This document shows, piece after piece, positions 41,201-49,799 of a DNA stretch of 64,000 nucleotides. Each line of letters starts with the position of its first letter. The stretch's first letter is position 1. The translations under genes were made by a program, and so were the position numbers. The notes below the pieces were generated by a model. The model ran no database searches, had not been told where the DNA came from, and saw only the letters and a list, made by a program, of their open reading frames with translations. Source of the stretch: Nitrosopumilaceae archaeon (lineage in GTDB: Archaea > Thermoproteota > Nitrososphaeria > Nitrososphaerales > Nitrosopumilaceae); contig CBDCCK010000002.1 of NCBI GenBank assembly GCA_965214835.1, positions 448,001 through 512,000 of the forward strand, read 5' to 3'.

Positions 41201-42374
41201 ATCGCCTCAACAGTGTCTGAGTCTCAACGTTGTTTCCAGAACCGCGGAATGGGGTTGCAGTTAAGCCGATTAAGATGATGCCCTTGGTAGAAATTTCCTG
41301 TTTTCTACGGTTGATGTTAAACCCCATTTTGCCCAATACTGCATTGTATGAATCAGCAATGGAGTGATGGGCCTCATCGATAACAATGCAGGAAGTCACA
41401 TCAGACAGTTGTTCGATTGTTTGGGGGTTTTTTCTAAATATTGCCATCAGAGACTGAATAGTGGATACAACTACGCTTCTTTCAGAATATTCTTCATCTA
41501 ATTTTTCAACAGATACAGGCATCTCTTTTTTGTCATTTCCCCAGTACCGGTGCAAGTGAAGAACAGTCCCACGTCGGCCTTTAGCTTGGAAAGTTGTTTT
41601 GAATGCGCTAACTGCCTGTTCACATAGTTCACGTGACTGTGCAATCCACAAAATAAATTTCGAATTTCTTTGTCGGTGATTTTTTGAAGGCTTTCCATCA
41701 TTTAGCCATTCAATCAATGTTTCAACAATCATCCTGGTTTTTCCTGAACCGGTAGGTACTGAAATTAGAATCCTTTTGTCATCAATTCTACCTTCTAACA
41801 TTTTTCTGATTTCCATGCCAGTAGAATGCTGATAGTCATACAGAGGATTGAGATCTAGTGTCGGTACAACATGTTCGTGTGGGTGAAATTCTTCACCCTT
41901 GCTATCTTTTTCTGCAACAGACGTAGGGAACCCAAGAGATATTGCTAGTTGTTTTACCCAGCTACCATTAGCAGGTAATTGTGAAATGTGTTTTATTTTG
42001 TCAGAAGATTTGTCGATATTATTAGCTTTAGTTTTGTAAAAAGATTTTGCAAGATCAATAATTTCATTTTCAGTTACCATGTTTTTTGATATGGCAGCAG
42101 TAAGAATATGCTCGAGGAAATCATGACGCTTGTATGTGTTATTTTCAATACTACGAAGGAATCTGGAACCTACACTATCATAAAGAATTTGAGCAAGTTT
42201 GTTATGATTGGAAATTTTCATGTCCTTGATTGAATAAATTTTCAAAATATTTGGGCTCATGTCAGGAATGACATTATTTTTCATTTCATCAATGGACCAT
42301 AATTCTTTGAATCGTTCAACACATTTTTCTTGTGCAGAGGTTGCCACACGAGGCTGAATTTCTTCATCTTCCAT
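38220..42374 (-). CDS. 1384-aa SF2 DEAH helicase with inserted PKD-like domain, Zn ribbons and homing-endonuclease-associated repeats
   Basis: PTGSGKT, DEAHH, TATP, TTGFDAP and QIIGRGLRG motifs; PKD-like segment at ~40838-41150; several CxxC pairs; LGHVP...FG.F repeats. Confidence 0.85.
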   Translation of the reverse strand: MEDEEIQPRVATSAQEKCVERFKELWSIDEMKNNVIPDMSPNILKIYSIKDMKISNHNKLAQILYDSVGSRFLRSIENNTYKRHDFLEHILTAAISKNMVTENEIIDLAKSFYKTKANNIDKSSDKIKHISQLPANGSWVKQLAISLGFPTSVAEKDSKGEEFHPHEHVVPTLDLNPLYDYQHSTGMEIRKMLEGRIDDKRILISVPTGSGKTRMIVETLIEWLNDGKPSKNHRQRNSKFILWIAQSRELCEQAVSAFKTTFQAKGRRGTVLHLHRYWGNDKKEMPVSVEKLDEEYSERSVVVSTIQSLMAIFRKNPQTIEQLSDVTSCIVIDEAHHSIADSYNAVLGKMGFNINRRKQEISTKGIILIGLTATPFRGSGNNVETQTLLRRYGRLYFPTIPYYEGEENFKPHALIDCQTYSTVDSDVRIIGERSYDRDGFIKDEDFRWKISKIKKFLDLYSKNVSDEKTEWTFEKERNINFPFPEEGEYKITLEVTDNEGEKSESSVYIKILPKTKETEIDDTDKQKSLYKKLIKRKVLCEVYHWILKSGSINLSTDDLNYLKKFKEFKPETIRQIGNDDIRNKRILDTIHDIKTKHKRDKILFFGCSVEHSRDIANALKILYNIEARYVDSKMGIDQRIDAIEQFRNGNVEVLCNYDVLTTGFDAPNINCVFVGRPVRSTLMYTQIIGRGLRGTKSGGTDDVLLVDIDDNFQLHESYGYSNFDKGLTELGWKVFSEYWKPWTSEQPSLKQDIPSEQNLYQHYCDSCGIVAKGMDEIKKLFEIDGVDEFIDAIESKDWPNVPSKCKSCLKLEMEPAFSSEIEPENDKATPELPENKPISADSESFEKECPRCHTKAGINEIEEIFGYLTTNGKQKPQSHCRKCRDEQLRSGATKKCPFVGYLENQNNIQDNYQMILGLYALGTQNGSLPKANMEDACNTLLKYNPDKTRSLINKNHSVFGVYYRNNLIKHIDAIDGDITFETILNPKRFEKICNEKLHDYEERQKLKEQKQKELEIQSSKKLDEHFYKLKDLAFGHVPTYSQFDQSTSSGLKTLMHRLYGGYDNYLKSKGESVLNDPKLQDTLYEEYFELYSLVKIPVTSDMLDEYGDYRVDEYIECFGSFEKFDSIVKDTISKIKNISPSVTIDDLFQDYERIKNDLGHVPHFEEMRQLSYLGMEYYLENFGTFGKFIKIYDLDPEDRYFAYKIRMDFYHLKELLQVVPNFRQLKMYSEIGHKLDEKYDESNFHEFLLDVGEVRKPFDDEDYETADKVKGNLAVKFESNIEKFGKEKAIQIFYDENVIPYTEWYYSKEGFLEIVSSDKDLIDMYKVRMQQQVTPSKNLEKRSFLGKLVTNSTVDSCPKCNSKLEKFDGGVACTNNDCGYYQST

Positions 42375-43120
42375 TAGATTTTCACTAGATACCCATTTTG
42401 AATTAATGATTTAACCAGTTTTTCGGCATTTTTAGCAGAGTTTCCTTTATGACGAATTCCAACTTCCACATTTCTAGAGATTCCCCTTCCAGTCAGATTT
42501 GCAGAAGTTATAAGCAATTCTCTTTCATCAATTATCATGATTTTCGCATGAAGGGAGCTCTTCTTAGAATCTTTAGGCTTATAGGAATACAGGTGGGGTA
42601 AGGTACCCTTGTTTTCCCACATTTTGTCTATTAACGGCACAAATTTTTCAGCACTATCAAATAGCAATTTAATTGAAATTCCTTTTTGAGAAGCATGCTC
42701 TAATGCTGCAAAAATTTCTTTTGTGTCATGTTCAATAGTATATCCAACAATAGTTATTGATTTTTTTGCAGAATCAATCATATCCAAAAGAGTGGTTTTT
42801 GTGTTGTCAGCATCTTCATTGAAAACAAAAGGGCTTGTCCATACGAGTGAATGACTTTTTTCGTTTGTATCTCGAAGTTTAAAGATTTCATTGATCAGAT
42901 CAATTGACAATAGAAGAGCATTAAGATCATCAAAACTCTCCAACGCATTTTTTACAATTGTTGTTTCATCACTCGTAAGATTTAGTTTTGAACGTAGTTC
43001 AAATAAATTTGTAGTTTTGTCGATTTTGTTTTCAGCAATTAGTTTTTTTAATTGTAGAATTTTTTTGCTTGACAATTCTAAAACCAAATTTTCGATGTTG
43101 GTTCTAACTGAGTCAGTCAT
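42374..43120 (-). CDS. drmC: Phospholipase D-family nuclease, DISARM DrmC-like
   Basis: LHAKIMIIDERELLITSANLT (HxK-x4-D); operonic with drmAB. Confidence 0.85.
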   Translation of the reverse strand: MTDSVRTNIENLVLELSSKKILQLKKLIAENKIDKTTNLFELRSKLNLTSDETTIVKNALESFDDLNALLLSIDLINEIFKLRDTNEKSHSLVWTSPFVFNEDADNTKTTLLDMIDSAKKSITIVGYTIEHDTKEIFAALEHASQKGISIKLLFDSAEKFVPLIDKMWENKGTLPHLYSYKPKDSKKSSLHAKIMIIDERELLITSANLTGRGISRNVEVGIRHKGNSAKNAEKLVKSLIQNGYLVKI

Positions 43121-44940
43121 TTCATTTCAGAAAAAAATCCATAATCTTCATTGAATAAAAGCTGTCTATCCAAAAGACGATTGATGTTTTCACAGCTTGT
43201 TTCGGGCAATAGCGCACAACCATAACATGCAGAGCCATTCAATCGGGTGTGTAACGGCGCTTCAGTTTTTTCAATAGGGTTATCTTCAGCACACAAAGGA
43301 TCCCGTGAACAGAATTTTGACTTGTTAATTGCCGAACGTAAAATTTTTCCAAATTTTCTGGTTTCACCCTGTCTTACAAGCCCACCCAAGCTTCCATCAG
43401 ACGCAGGAGATGCAGTATACAACAGAATTCCGTTATATTTCTTACCCCGGTAAATTCTCTCTCTTATGGAGGATTCATTGTATCCGGACAAATGAGATAA
43501 TTCTCGAATCAATACATGAGAAAGAGTATGCAGTAACAAGTATCTGGGAAGCAATTCTTCATGTTTTTTCCAATTTCTGTTTTCTGCCCACTTGTGATAT
43601 GCCTGAATTATAGGCTTGCACCTGCTAACTATTTCAGGCTTGCTTTCCCATTCTCTAAGTTTTTCTTCATTCAAACTAAACAAAATTCCCTCACCCTTGT
43701 TTTCAATTGCGGGCAACCAATCGACTTTTCGTTTAGATAGTTTGCAAAAATGAATTTCTTTGTCTTCCTCTTGGGAATAAGGATCGGGAGCATTTCCCCG
43801 TGTGAATCCTCGAATTACTCTAATTTCAGTGATTCTTTTAATTTGTTTAAGGCTGCCAACGTAAGGAGTTAGAAATTCATCCAAATCCACATCATTAATG
43901 TCAAGAAGATCACCTCCGTCAAAATCTGCAGTGTCGCTATCCCTAAGATCAAAAAATTCTTTGTTCCTAATTTGTAATTCCGTGGGATTGCGTCCCAACA
44001 GGTTTTCGCCAGAAAATCTTTTTTTGATTTGTCTTGCTATTTCATCATTGGTGTATTTTCCTTCAGGTTGTCTTAGTGTGGAAAACAATGTTGCTTTTTC
44101 TGCAATTTCTTCAGGAGTGTTCATGTCCAGCATTCCTTTTAACTGATCTTTTTCATCTGAAATTTTTTTTTGGATTGGATGTAGCCATTCAGGAATGTAT
44201 AGTGCACTTATAGTAGACGGATAGTACAGGCTTGAAGATCTTATTTGAACTCCATGTACAGGAGTAGGAACGTGTTCGTCATTTTCACATTTTTCAGTTG
44301 TATTGCCTAACCAAGGTCTAGAACCACTACACGCACCTACAACTCCAGTTAGTCCCTGCTTGGATGTTGCGCCACTGCAGCTTCTTTCTAAACCACAGTC
44401 TTCACAACGGACAACATAATCTCCCAGACCCGCACTTATTCCTCTGGCATAAAATTTCAGTTTAGGATTAGGTTTATTGCATTGTTTTCCTTCTCCGCCT
44501 TCGCTATGTGCCCATTCAATCCATGGAAATTCATCAAGATGTCCTTTCTCACAGGTAATTGCAAATCTAGCAGGATACAATTCACCTCCACAGTTATCGC
44601 ATTTGAAGAAGCGTTTTCCATCAGCAGGGACATCCTTGTGCCTTTGAAGGTTATTGCATTTTGAACAAACGCCCCACTTTGGGAAGGATTTACAAGGAAT
44701 TGTTTGCATTTTTTCTACAGACGTTGGCATTAAGAATTTGTCAACTTTTTGTACCAATTCAAGATAGGGATGATGTAATGTTTTAGAGAATTTTTCAAAG
44801 TCACCCCAATAGTTTAATCCCATTACCAGTACAGAATCATGTTCAAGTTGTACAATGGAGCCAGGACCAAAAGTAGCTGTTAACTGACTAGGTCTTAGAC
44901 TACCTGGGCTTTCTCGGAATTTTTTTGGTTGGTCAAACAT
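43117..44940 (-). CDS. drmB: DUF1998 protein, DISARM DrmB-like
   Basis: RPSQL..TFGPGS, C..GHLDEFPW, LLHTLSHVLIRELS, CSRDPLC and ACYGC..LPETSCE. Confidence 0.92.
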   Translation of the reverse strand: MFDQPKKFRESPGSLRPSQLTATFGPGSIVQLEHDSVLVMGLNYWGDFEKFSKTLHHPYLELVQKVDKFLMPTSVEKMQTIPCKSFPKWGVCSKCNNLQRHKDVPADGKRFFKCDNCGGELYPARFAITCEKGHLDEFPWIEWAHSEGGEGKQCNKPNPKLKFYARGISAGLGDYVVRCEDCGLERSCSGATSKQGLTGVVGACSGSRPWLGNTTEKCENDEHVPTPVHGVQIRSSSLYYPSTISALYIPEWLHPIQKKISDEKDQLKGMLDMNTPEEIAEKATLFSTLRQPEGKYTNDEIARQIKKRFSGENLLGRNPTELQIRNKEFFDLRDSDTADFDGGDLLDINDVDLDEFLTPYVGSLKQIKRITEIRVIRGFTRGNAPDPYSQEEDKEIHFCKLSKRKVDWLPAIENKGEGILFSLNEEKLREWESKPEIVSRCKPIIQAYHKWAENRNWKKHEELLPRYLLLHTLSHVLIRELSHLSGYNESSIRERIYRGKKYNGILLYTASPASDGSLGGLVRQGETRKFGKILRSAINKSKFCSRDPLCAEDNPIEKTEAPLHTRLNGSACYGCALLPETSCENINRLLDRQLLFNEDYGFFSEMK

Positions 44941-47900
44941 CTTTTTCTTCTATGGACGAAACATATCTCAATAGTGTGCTTTGCTCAGCATCACGCAATG
45001 AATTTGGAATGGGAACAAGTCCCTCATAGTATGATTCAACAGAGCCTAGAAGAAAATTCATGTTTTCTTCGCGTTTGTAAGGGTTTTTTCTATAGCGTAA
45101 AGGTTTGTATTGAATTGCACTTTCATGCCATTCAGTAATTAACTTATCAAAATCTTCCAGAGTGCTTTCACGTTCTCCATGATCTACAGAATCTACTCGT
45201 TCGGCAAGTTCGTTTCTGATATTTTTCAATAATTTTTCAATATCAAATTTTTTCTTATCAAATGTTCCAGCTTTGTCATCTTTTGACATATTTTTTTCTA
45301 ATAGCCTTACTAAGGCAACTATAATTCCGAACAGAGCTTTATCTCTTGCGCGAGGTGCAAAGGGAGTTAGACTTACAGGCTCAACATTCTTATGAAAAGT
45401 TGTGTGATAATAATGGAAATTTTCATAGTGAGAAAGGTCCCTTGGTTTCAAGTAATTATAGATCGTAAAGATTAATCCTGGTGAGTCTCTTCCAATCCTT
45501 CCAGATGCCTGAATGTATTCAGAATGGTTTTTTGGTTGGCCGTTGATAATCATCACACCAAGTCTTGAAATATCAACACCTACCGATAGCATGTTTGTAG
45601 AAAGCAAAAGATCAACGGGCTTTTGGTTAGAGCCCAACTTTACATCGAGACTCTGAAGGATTTTTGGAATGTTTCCTGAGTCTACCCTGCTTGTCAATTC
45701 CTCCTTGAATGCGGATTGGAACGATTCTTTTTTCGTGTCCTTGTCATAGTTGTTGTAAATTCTTTTGATATAACCCGGCACGGAATCGTCATACATTTTG
45801 TCAGCTCCGCCTAATTCACGAATACTATTGAAATAAGATACCAGAGTGTGGTATGGGTCAATATCGCTATCAGTAAATCCGTTCTCTTCTTGATTTGTTT
45901 TCAAGGAGCGGGTTTTTTGAAGAATTGCTGCAGAGACTCCTCCCAAGATGGTGAGTCCGCTTTTTGCAGTAGAACAAATGCCCACATACAACTTGCCTGG
46001 ATCCTCACTTAACGGCACTTCATTAGCAAAAAAGGAATTTCCGAAATCAAAACCCTGAGGTGGAAAAATGTTGCTTTGCTCTCTGTTAAACAAGTCTTTA
46101 ATTTGCTCGCGGGCTTTTCTAGTTGTTGCAGTGGATGTAATAATTTTTGGCTTAACACCATCTTCGTTTGTACATAAAATATCAATCGCTGTTTCATAAA
46201 GACCAGTAAGAGTGCCTAATGGTCCAGATATCAAATGCAGTTCATCCTGAATGATAAGCTCAGGAGGTTCAAGGAATTCTGCACCATGATCAGAGAATAG
46301 TTTTGTTTTGTAATCTTTATGTTTCCCGCAATGCGGAGTAATACCATCTAAAACAAACCCATGTTTTTCACATTGTTTATTGACACGTCCAAATATTGCA
46401 CCGGTTTGCCATTTCCATGCAATCTGTGCAAACTTGTCTACTGTTCCAATTATCAATGAGGGACATCTTTTGTAAATATCTTCGTCTACAACCAGGACAG
46501 GAATGTTATGATCATTGTTTCCTTTGTCATAAAATGAGCAATTAGAATTAGAACAGAATATTCTGAGTTGTTTTGGCAGTCCACCAATCTTGTAGGTGGA
46601 CTTTAGCAGGTAGGGATTACTTTCATCATATAGTTTATCACCACACCATGGACATGAAATTAGTTGGATTGGGTTGTGTTCCTTTGGTTTGTATCCTTGT
46701 TTTGCTTTTTCAATTGCTTCTTCGGCACTCGACTCACCTTCTAGTGAATTAGGAGTGGTGTTTAATCCAACCCACAAACCAACTGAAAATGGCTCAGCCC
46801 CCCACTTTTTCTCATCTATTCTTCGTATAATTTCACATGCACACATCAGGGTTGCAGCTCTCTGAAACTGTTGAAGAGTCAACAATCTCAAAGTATATCT
46901 CATCAAAACAGCAGTGCCGTATTTTCGAAATTTTGGATTTTCAATACGTAATCTTCTGTGTGCTAGTGTGAATGCAATTATTCCTAAATAGGCTTCAGTT
47001 TTGCCTCCGCCTGTAGGGAACCATAGGAGATCTGCAATTTCGCGTTCTTCATCTTTAGGATCAGTGATGGATTTTATGTTTGCAAGTGCAAAAACAAGTT
47101 GAAATGGCCTCCAATATCCAGAAAGTTGTTTTGGTCCTGTACCGTCAACCTTTCCATTTTTCCTATTTTCCATGGCCCAAAATCCATAGGATCTTTGAAG
47201 AAGCATAGCCCTGTTTGCAAATGAGAATGATTCGCCAGCAATTTTGTCCTTTGAAATAATATCAATGCCATTTTGAATTCGTTGGACAGCATTTTTGCAT
47301 TCTTCAATTTGGTTTAAAGCAGCATCTTTTTGGGAATCAGGAATTTGTTCCAGCTTATCTTCAAGTTCAGTTTTAATCCAATTACGATATTGCTGAACAA
47401 GAGGCTTGATTAATTCAGAATATTCAGATATGTCTTTTACTTTGAATAATTTTTCCATAGAAAGGCATTCAAGATCGGATTTCATCGGTTCAATTTTAGG
47501 GAGAGTTGTTTTTGGAACAAAAGTTGTTTCTAATTTACTAACTTTGTTGTTTTCGATGTCCTTGTCATTCCACATTACCGAGCATCCATGTCCAATGGAA
47601 AAGCTTTGTTTGTTTCTAAACATTAGATCAAATATTTTTTCTTCTAAATCTTTGTTAGAATTGTCAGAATCAGAACTAGTGTTAACAAATATTTTTTCTC
47701 CATCTTGCTTAGAGTGAATTTTAATTTTCGGTTGAAAGATGCAGGCTTCTGCAGGAACTGATTCCTGAGACCTGTGATCAAAGTCATTAATCACAAATAT
47801 GCTAACGATGAATTTTTTTCCGTGTTTTTTTACGGAATATTGAAGTTTAAAATCAGATTTGCTTGCAAAAGGTATTGTTTCTTTTTTTGAGTCAACCATA

Positions 47901-48325
47901 GGAATAGAGAAGAGTTCAGAGTGAGAAGTTCTTTGATAACCGTTCTTAGACTTCTGGCCAACTTTAACTTCCTGAGAAGAATATGAACCATACTCAACAT
48001 CAGCTATAATTTCGGATGCATTACTATCAACAGAAAAAGTCAATCCAAACGAAGAAGGTTTTATGCCTGTATTGATTGTAAGTGGGTCATCAAATGAATT
48101 ATCCCCATCACCACCATCAATGACGGTATAATTTTGTTCATCATCTTCTCTGCTTATGGGAGTCTCTTTAGGAAATAATATTCCAGCAAGATATTCTTGT
48201 GTGGGATGTCCTAAAAGTACTTCATCCATGCCGCCTCTAGGTCCTACAATACTGACTTCAACTGCCTGTAAGACCCTAGAACGAACATCATTTTTTTTAT
48301 CCAATAAAGATGGTGTCAGATTCAT
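44933..48325 (-). CDS. drmA: Helicase, DISARM DrmA-like
   Basis: LLWFPTGGGKTEAY, RYTLRLLTLQQFQR, QDELHLISGPLGT, ELTSR, EYIQASGRIGR and RDLSHYE. Confidence 0.92.
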   Translation of the reverse strand: MNLTPSLLDKKNDVRSRVLQAVEVSIVGPRGGMDEVLLGHPTQEYLAGILFPKETPISREDDEQNYTVIDGGDGDNSFDDPLTINTGIKPSSFGLTFSVDSNASEIIADVEYGSYSSQEVKVGQKSKNGYQRTSHSELFSIPMVDSKKETIPFASKSDFKLQYSVKKHGKKFIVSIFVINDFDHRSQESVPAEACIFQPKIKIHSKQDGEKIFVNTSSDSDNSNKDLEEKIFDLMFRNKQSFSIGHGCSVMWNDKDIENNKVSKLETTFVPKTTLPKIEPMKSDLECLSMEKLFKVKDISEYSELIKPLVQQYRNWIKTELEDKLEQIPDSQKDAALNQIEECKNAVQRIQNGIDIISKDKIAGESFSFANRAMLLQRSYGFWAMENRKNGKVDGTGPKQLSGYWRPFQLVFALANIKSITDPKDEEREIADLLWFPTGGGKTEAYLGIIAFTLAHRRLRIENPKFRKYGTAVLMRYTLRLLTLQQFQRAATLMCACEIIRRIDEKKWGAEPFSVGLWVGLNTTPNSLEGESSAEEAIEKAKQGYKPKEHNPIQLISCPWCGDKLYDESNPYLLKSTYKIGGLPKQLRIFCSNSNCSFYDKGNNDHNIPVLVVDEDIYKRCPSLIIGTVDKFAQIAWKWQTGAIFGRVNKQCEKHGFVLDGITPHCGKHKDYKTKLFSDHGAEFLEPPELIIQDELHLISGPLGTLTGLYETAIDILCTNEDGVKPKIITSTATTRKAREQIKDLFNREQSNIFPPQGFDFGNSFFANEVPLSEDPGKLYVGICSTAKSGLTILGGVSAAILQKTRSLKTNQEENGFTDSDIDPYHTLVSYFNSIRELGGADKMYDDSVPGYIKRIYNNYDKDTKKESFQSAFKEELTSRVDSGNIPKILQSLDVKLGSNQKPVDLLLSTNMLSVGVDISRLGVMIINGQPKNHSEYIQASGRIGRDSPGLIFTIYNYLKPRDLSHYENFHYYHTTFHKNVEPVSLTPFAPRARDKALFGIIVALVRLLEKNMSKDDKAGTFDKKKFDIEKLLKNIRNELAERVDSVDHGERESTLEDFDKLITEWHESAIQYKPLRYRKNPYKREENMNFLLGSVESYYEGLVPIPNSLRDAEQSTLLRYVSSIEEKDV

Positions 48326-48348
48326 AAATAAAAATTAGATCATGAGGC

Positions 48349-48470
48349 CAGCCTTCCCAGAAGTACCGCATCAAATCATCCCAAGCTCGAAACAATTCAG
48401 ATGAGGTTTGCCTGCAGATCCGCATGTCGCCTCCTGCACCGCCACGAATCGGTTACTTCTAGGAAGACTG
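48349..48470. mobile_element. MITE family C just upstream of drmA
   Basis: Family C TIR; 5-bp TSD GAGGC. Confidence 0.88.
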
Positions 48471-48510
48471 GAGGCATTCAAAATTTGATCCCGATGAATA
48501 AATGCTAGAT

Positions 48511-49353
48511 TTATTCTTTGATTTCGGAAAATGATTCTTGTTTGGCGTTTTTAATTTCAGATGGATTTGATAAAACTAGATTTCCTACTGAGTTGTAAGC
48601 GTTTGAAAGATCCTTAATTTGCAAAATAAGTTCTTGTTCACGATTATTTTTATCAGTGTACTGGATTAGTAAATGAGGTAATGAAATCGTACTTCGTAAT
48701 CCAATTGTCATTATTTTTTTTCGCTTACAATATTCTTCATAATTGATGATTTGATAGTTTTTTACATTAGATGCAAGAATGGTTTCTAAGTTAGGGAATT
48801 CTTTTGTACCATAAACAATCCTATGGGTGTTATCAAAATTTTGAATAGAAATCTTGCCTTTTACTTTTTCTTTTTTACGAAGCTGTCCTTGTTTATAGAA
48901 TGCTGGATATTCTGTAACATTTACTTTAACATATTGAAAACAATTTTTGCAAAGACTGCCTTGAATTCCCCATGATTTTTCAGGTTTATTTTTTTTAAAT
49001 CCCAATTTGTTTTCACATCGCGTACAAAATTTTCCACCTGCAAGTTTGAATTTAGACGATTCAATTTTGTTTTTAGCCTTAGTTTGATAGTTTTCTTTGG
49101 CAGAAGCAATTTTTCCTTTTACTTCACATATGTTTTCAGAAAAATCAAATTTTGGATTTTTCTCATTAATGTGGGGATTGTTAATAATTTCTTGGTAAAG
49201 ATCGGTAATATAATTACGGTCTCTTGGTTGAAGAGATTTACCTAAATCGGCTATAATTTTATGATAAAAATCGAGTTTTTTTGGATCCCCAATTCCAGCC
49301 TTTTTAATTGACTTGATCATTTCAAGTAAATCCAAGTCATTAACCATAAACAT
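48511..49353 (-). CDS. Hypothetical protein with Zn ribbon
   Basis: 280-aa AT-rich ORF; CTRC...CKNC. Confidence 0.7.
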   Translation of the reverse strand: MFMVNDLDLLEMIKSIKKAGIGDPKKLDFYHKIIADLGKSLQPRDRNYITDLYQEIINNPHINEKNPKFDFSENICEVKGKIASAKENYQTKAKNKIESSKFKLAGGKFCTRCENKLGFKKNKPEKSWGIQGSLCKNCFQYVKVNVTEYPAFYKQGQLRKKEKVKGKISIQNFDNTHRIVYGTKEFPNLETILASNVKNYQIINYEEYCKRKKIMTIGLRSTISLPHLLIQYTDKNNREQELILQIKDLSNAYNSVGNLVLSNPSEIKNAKQESFSEIKE

Positions 49354-49390
49354 ATTTTGAATAAGGCCCTATTGAAGTTTTTTGTATATG

Positions 49391-49617
49391 CAGCCTTCCC
49401 AGAAGTACGTGACTCATGACTGTGCAGATGGCGGCGGGCGAATCTGTAGGCATCATAATTTAATTTGTATGAGGTCACCTGCCCCTGCCAATCAGGCACG
49501 AATTGACATCTATGACTATGATTTTCACGCCTAGTCAACAGGGGGACGTGACCTCATACTTTAATTTAATTTGTTTCAAATCCGGGGCCGTTTTCTGGGT
49601 TACTTCTGGGAAGACTG
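49391..49617. mobile_element. MITE C with nested MITE B (49467-49559)
   Basis: Outer family C TIR; inner GTATGAGGTCAC TIR with 8-bp TSD TTTAATTT. Confidence 0.88.
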
Positions 49618-49799
49618 AGGATGCAGACCACGTTATAGGCTACGGTCGCGTATACGGGATAATGAAGGAGCTGGGACTCGTTACTGCATCCAATGCCAAG
49701 TCACGTCAAAAGAAATGGCTTCGGTACGAGCGCATCTATTCTAATGCCATGTAGCATGTGGGCTGGCACGAGATGAAGGATCCCAGGTTCAGGGGGATC
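49618..49799 (+). pseudogene. IS481-like transposase fragment
   Basis: RVYGIMKELGL...KKWLRYERIYSNAM*H.GWH. Confidence 0.6.

Noticed and set aside
38220-48325. Druantia, Dpd or BREX assignment for the helicase cluster
   Set aside because: Helicase and DUF1998 are separate genes with DrmA/DrmB-type motifs followed by a PLD; no dpdA/TGT, pglX/pglZ or druA-D genes are seen.
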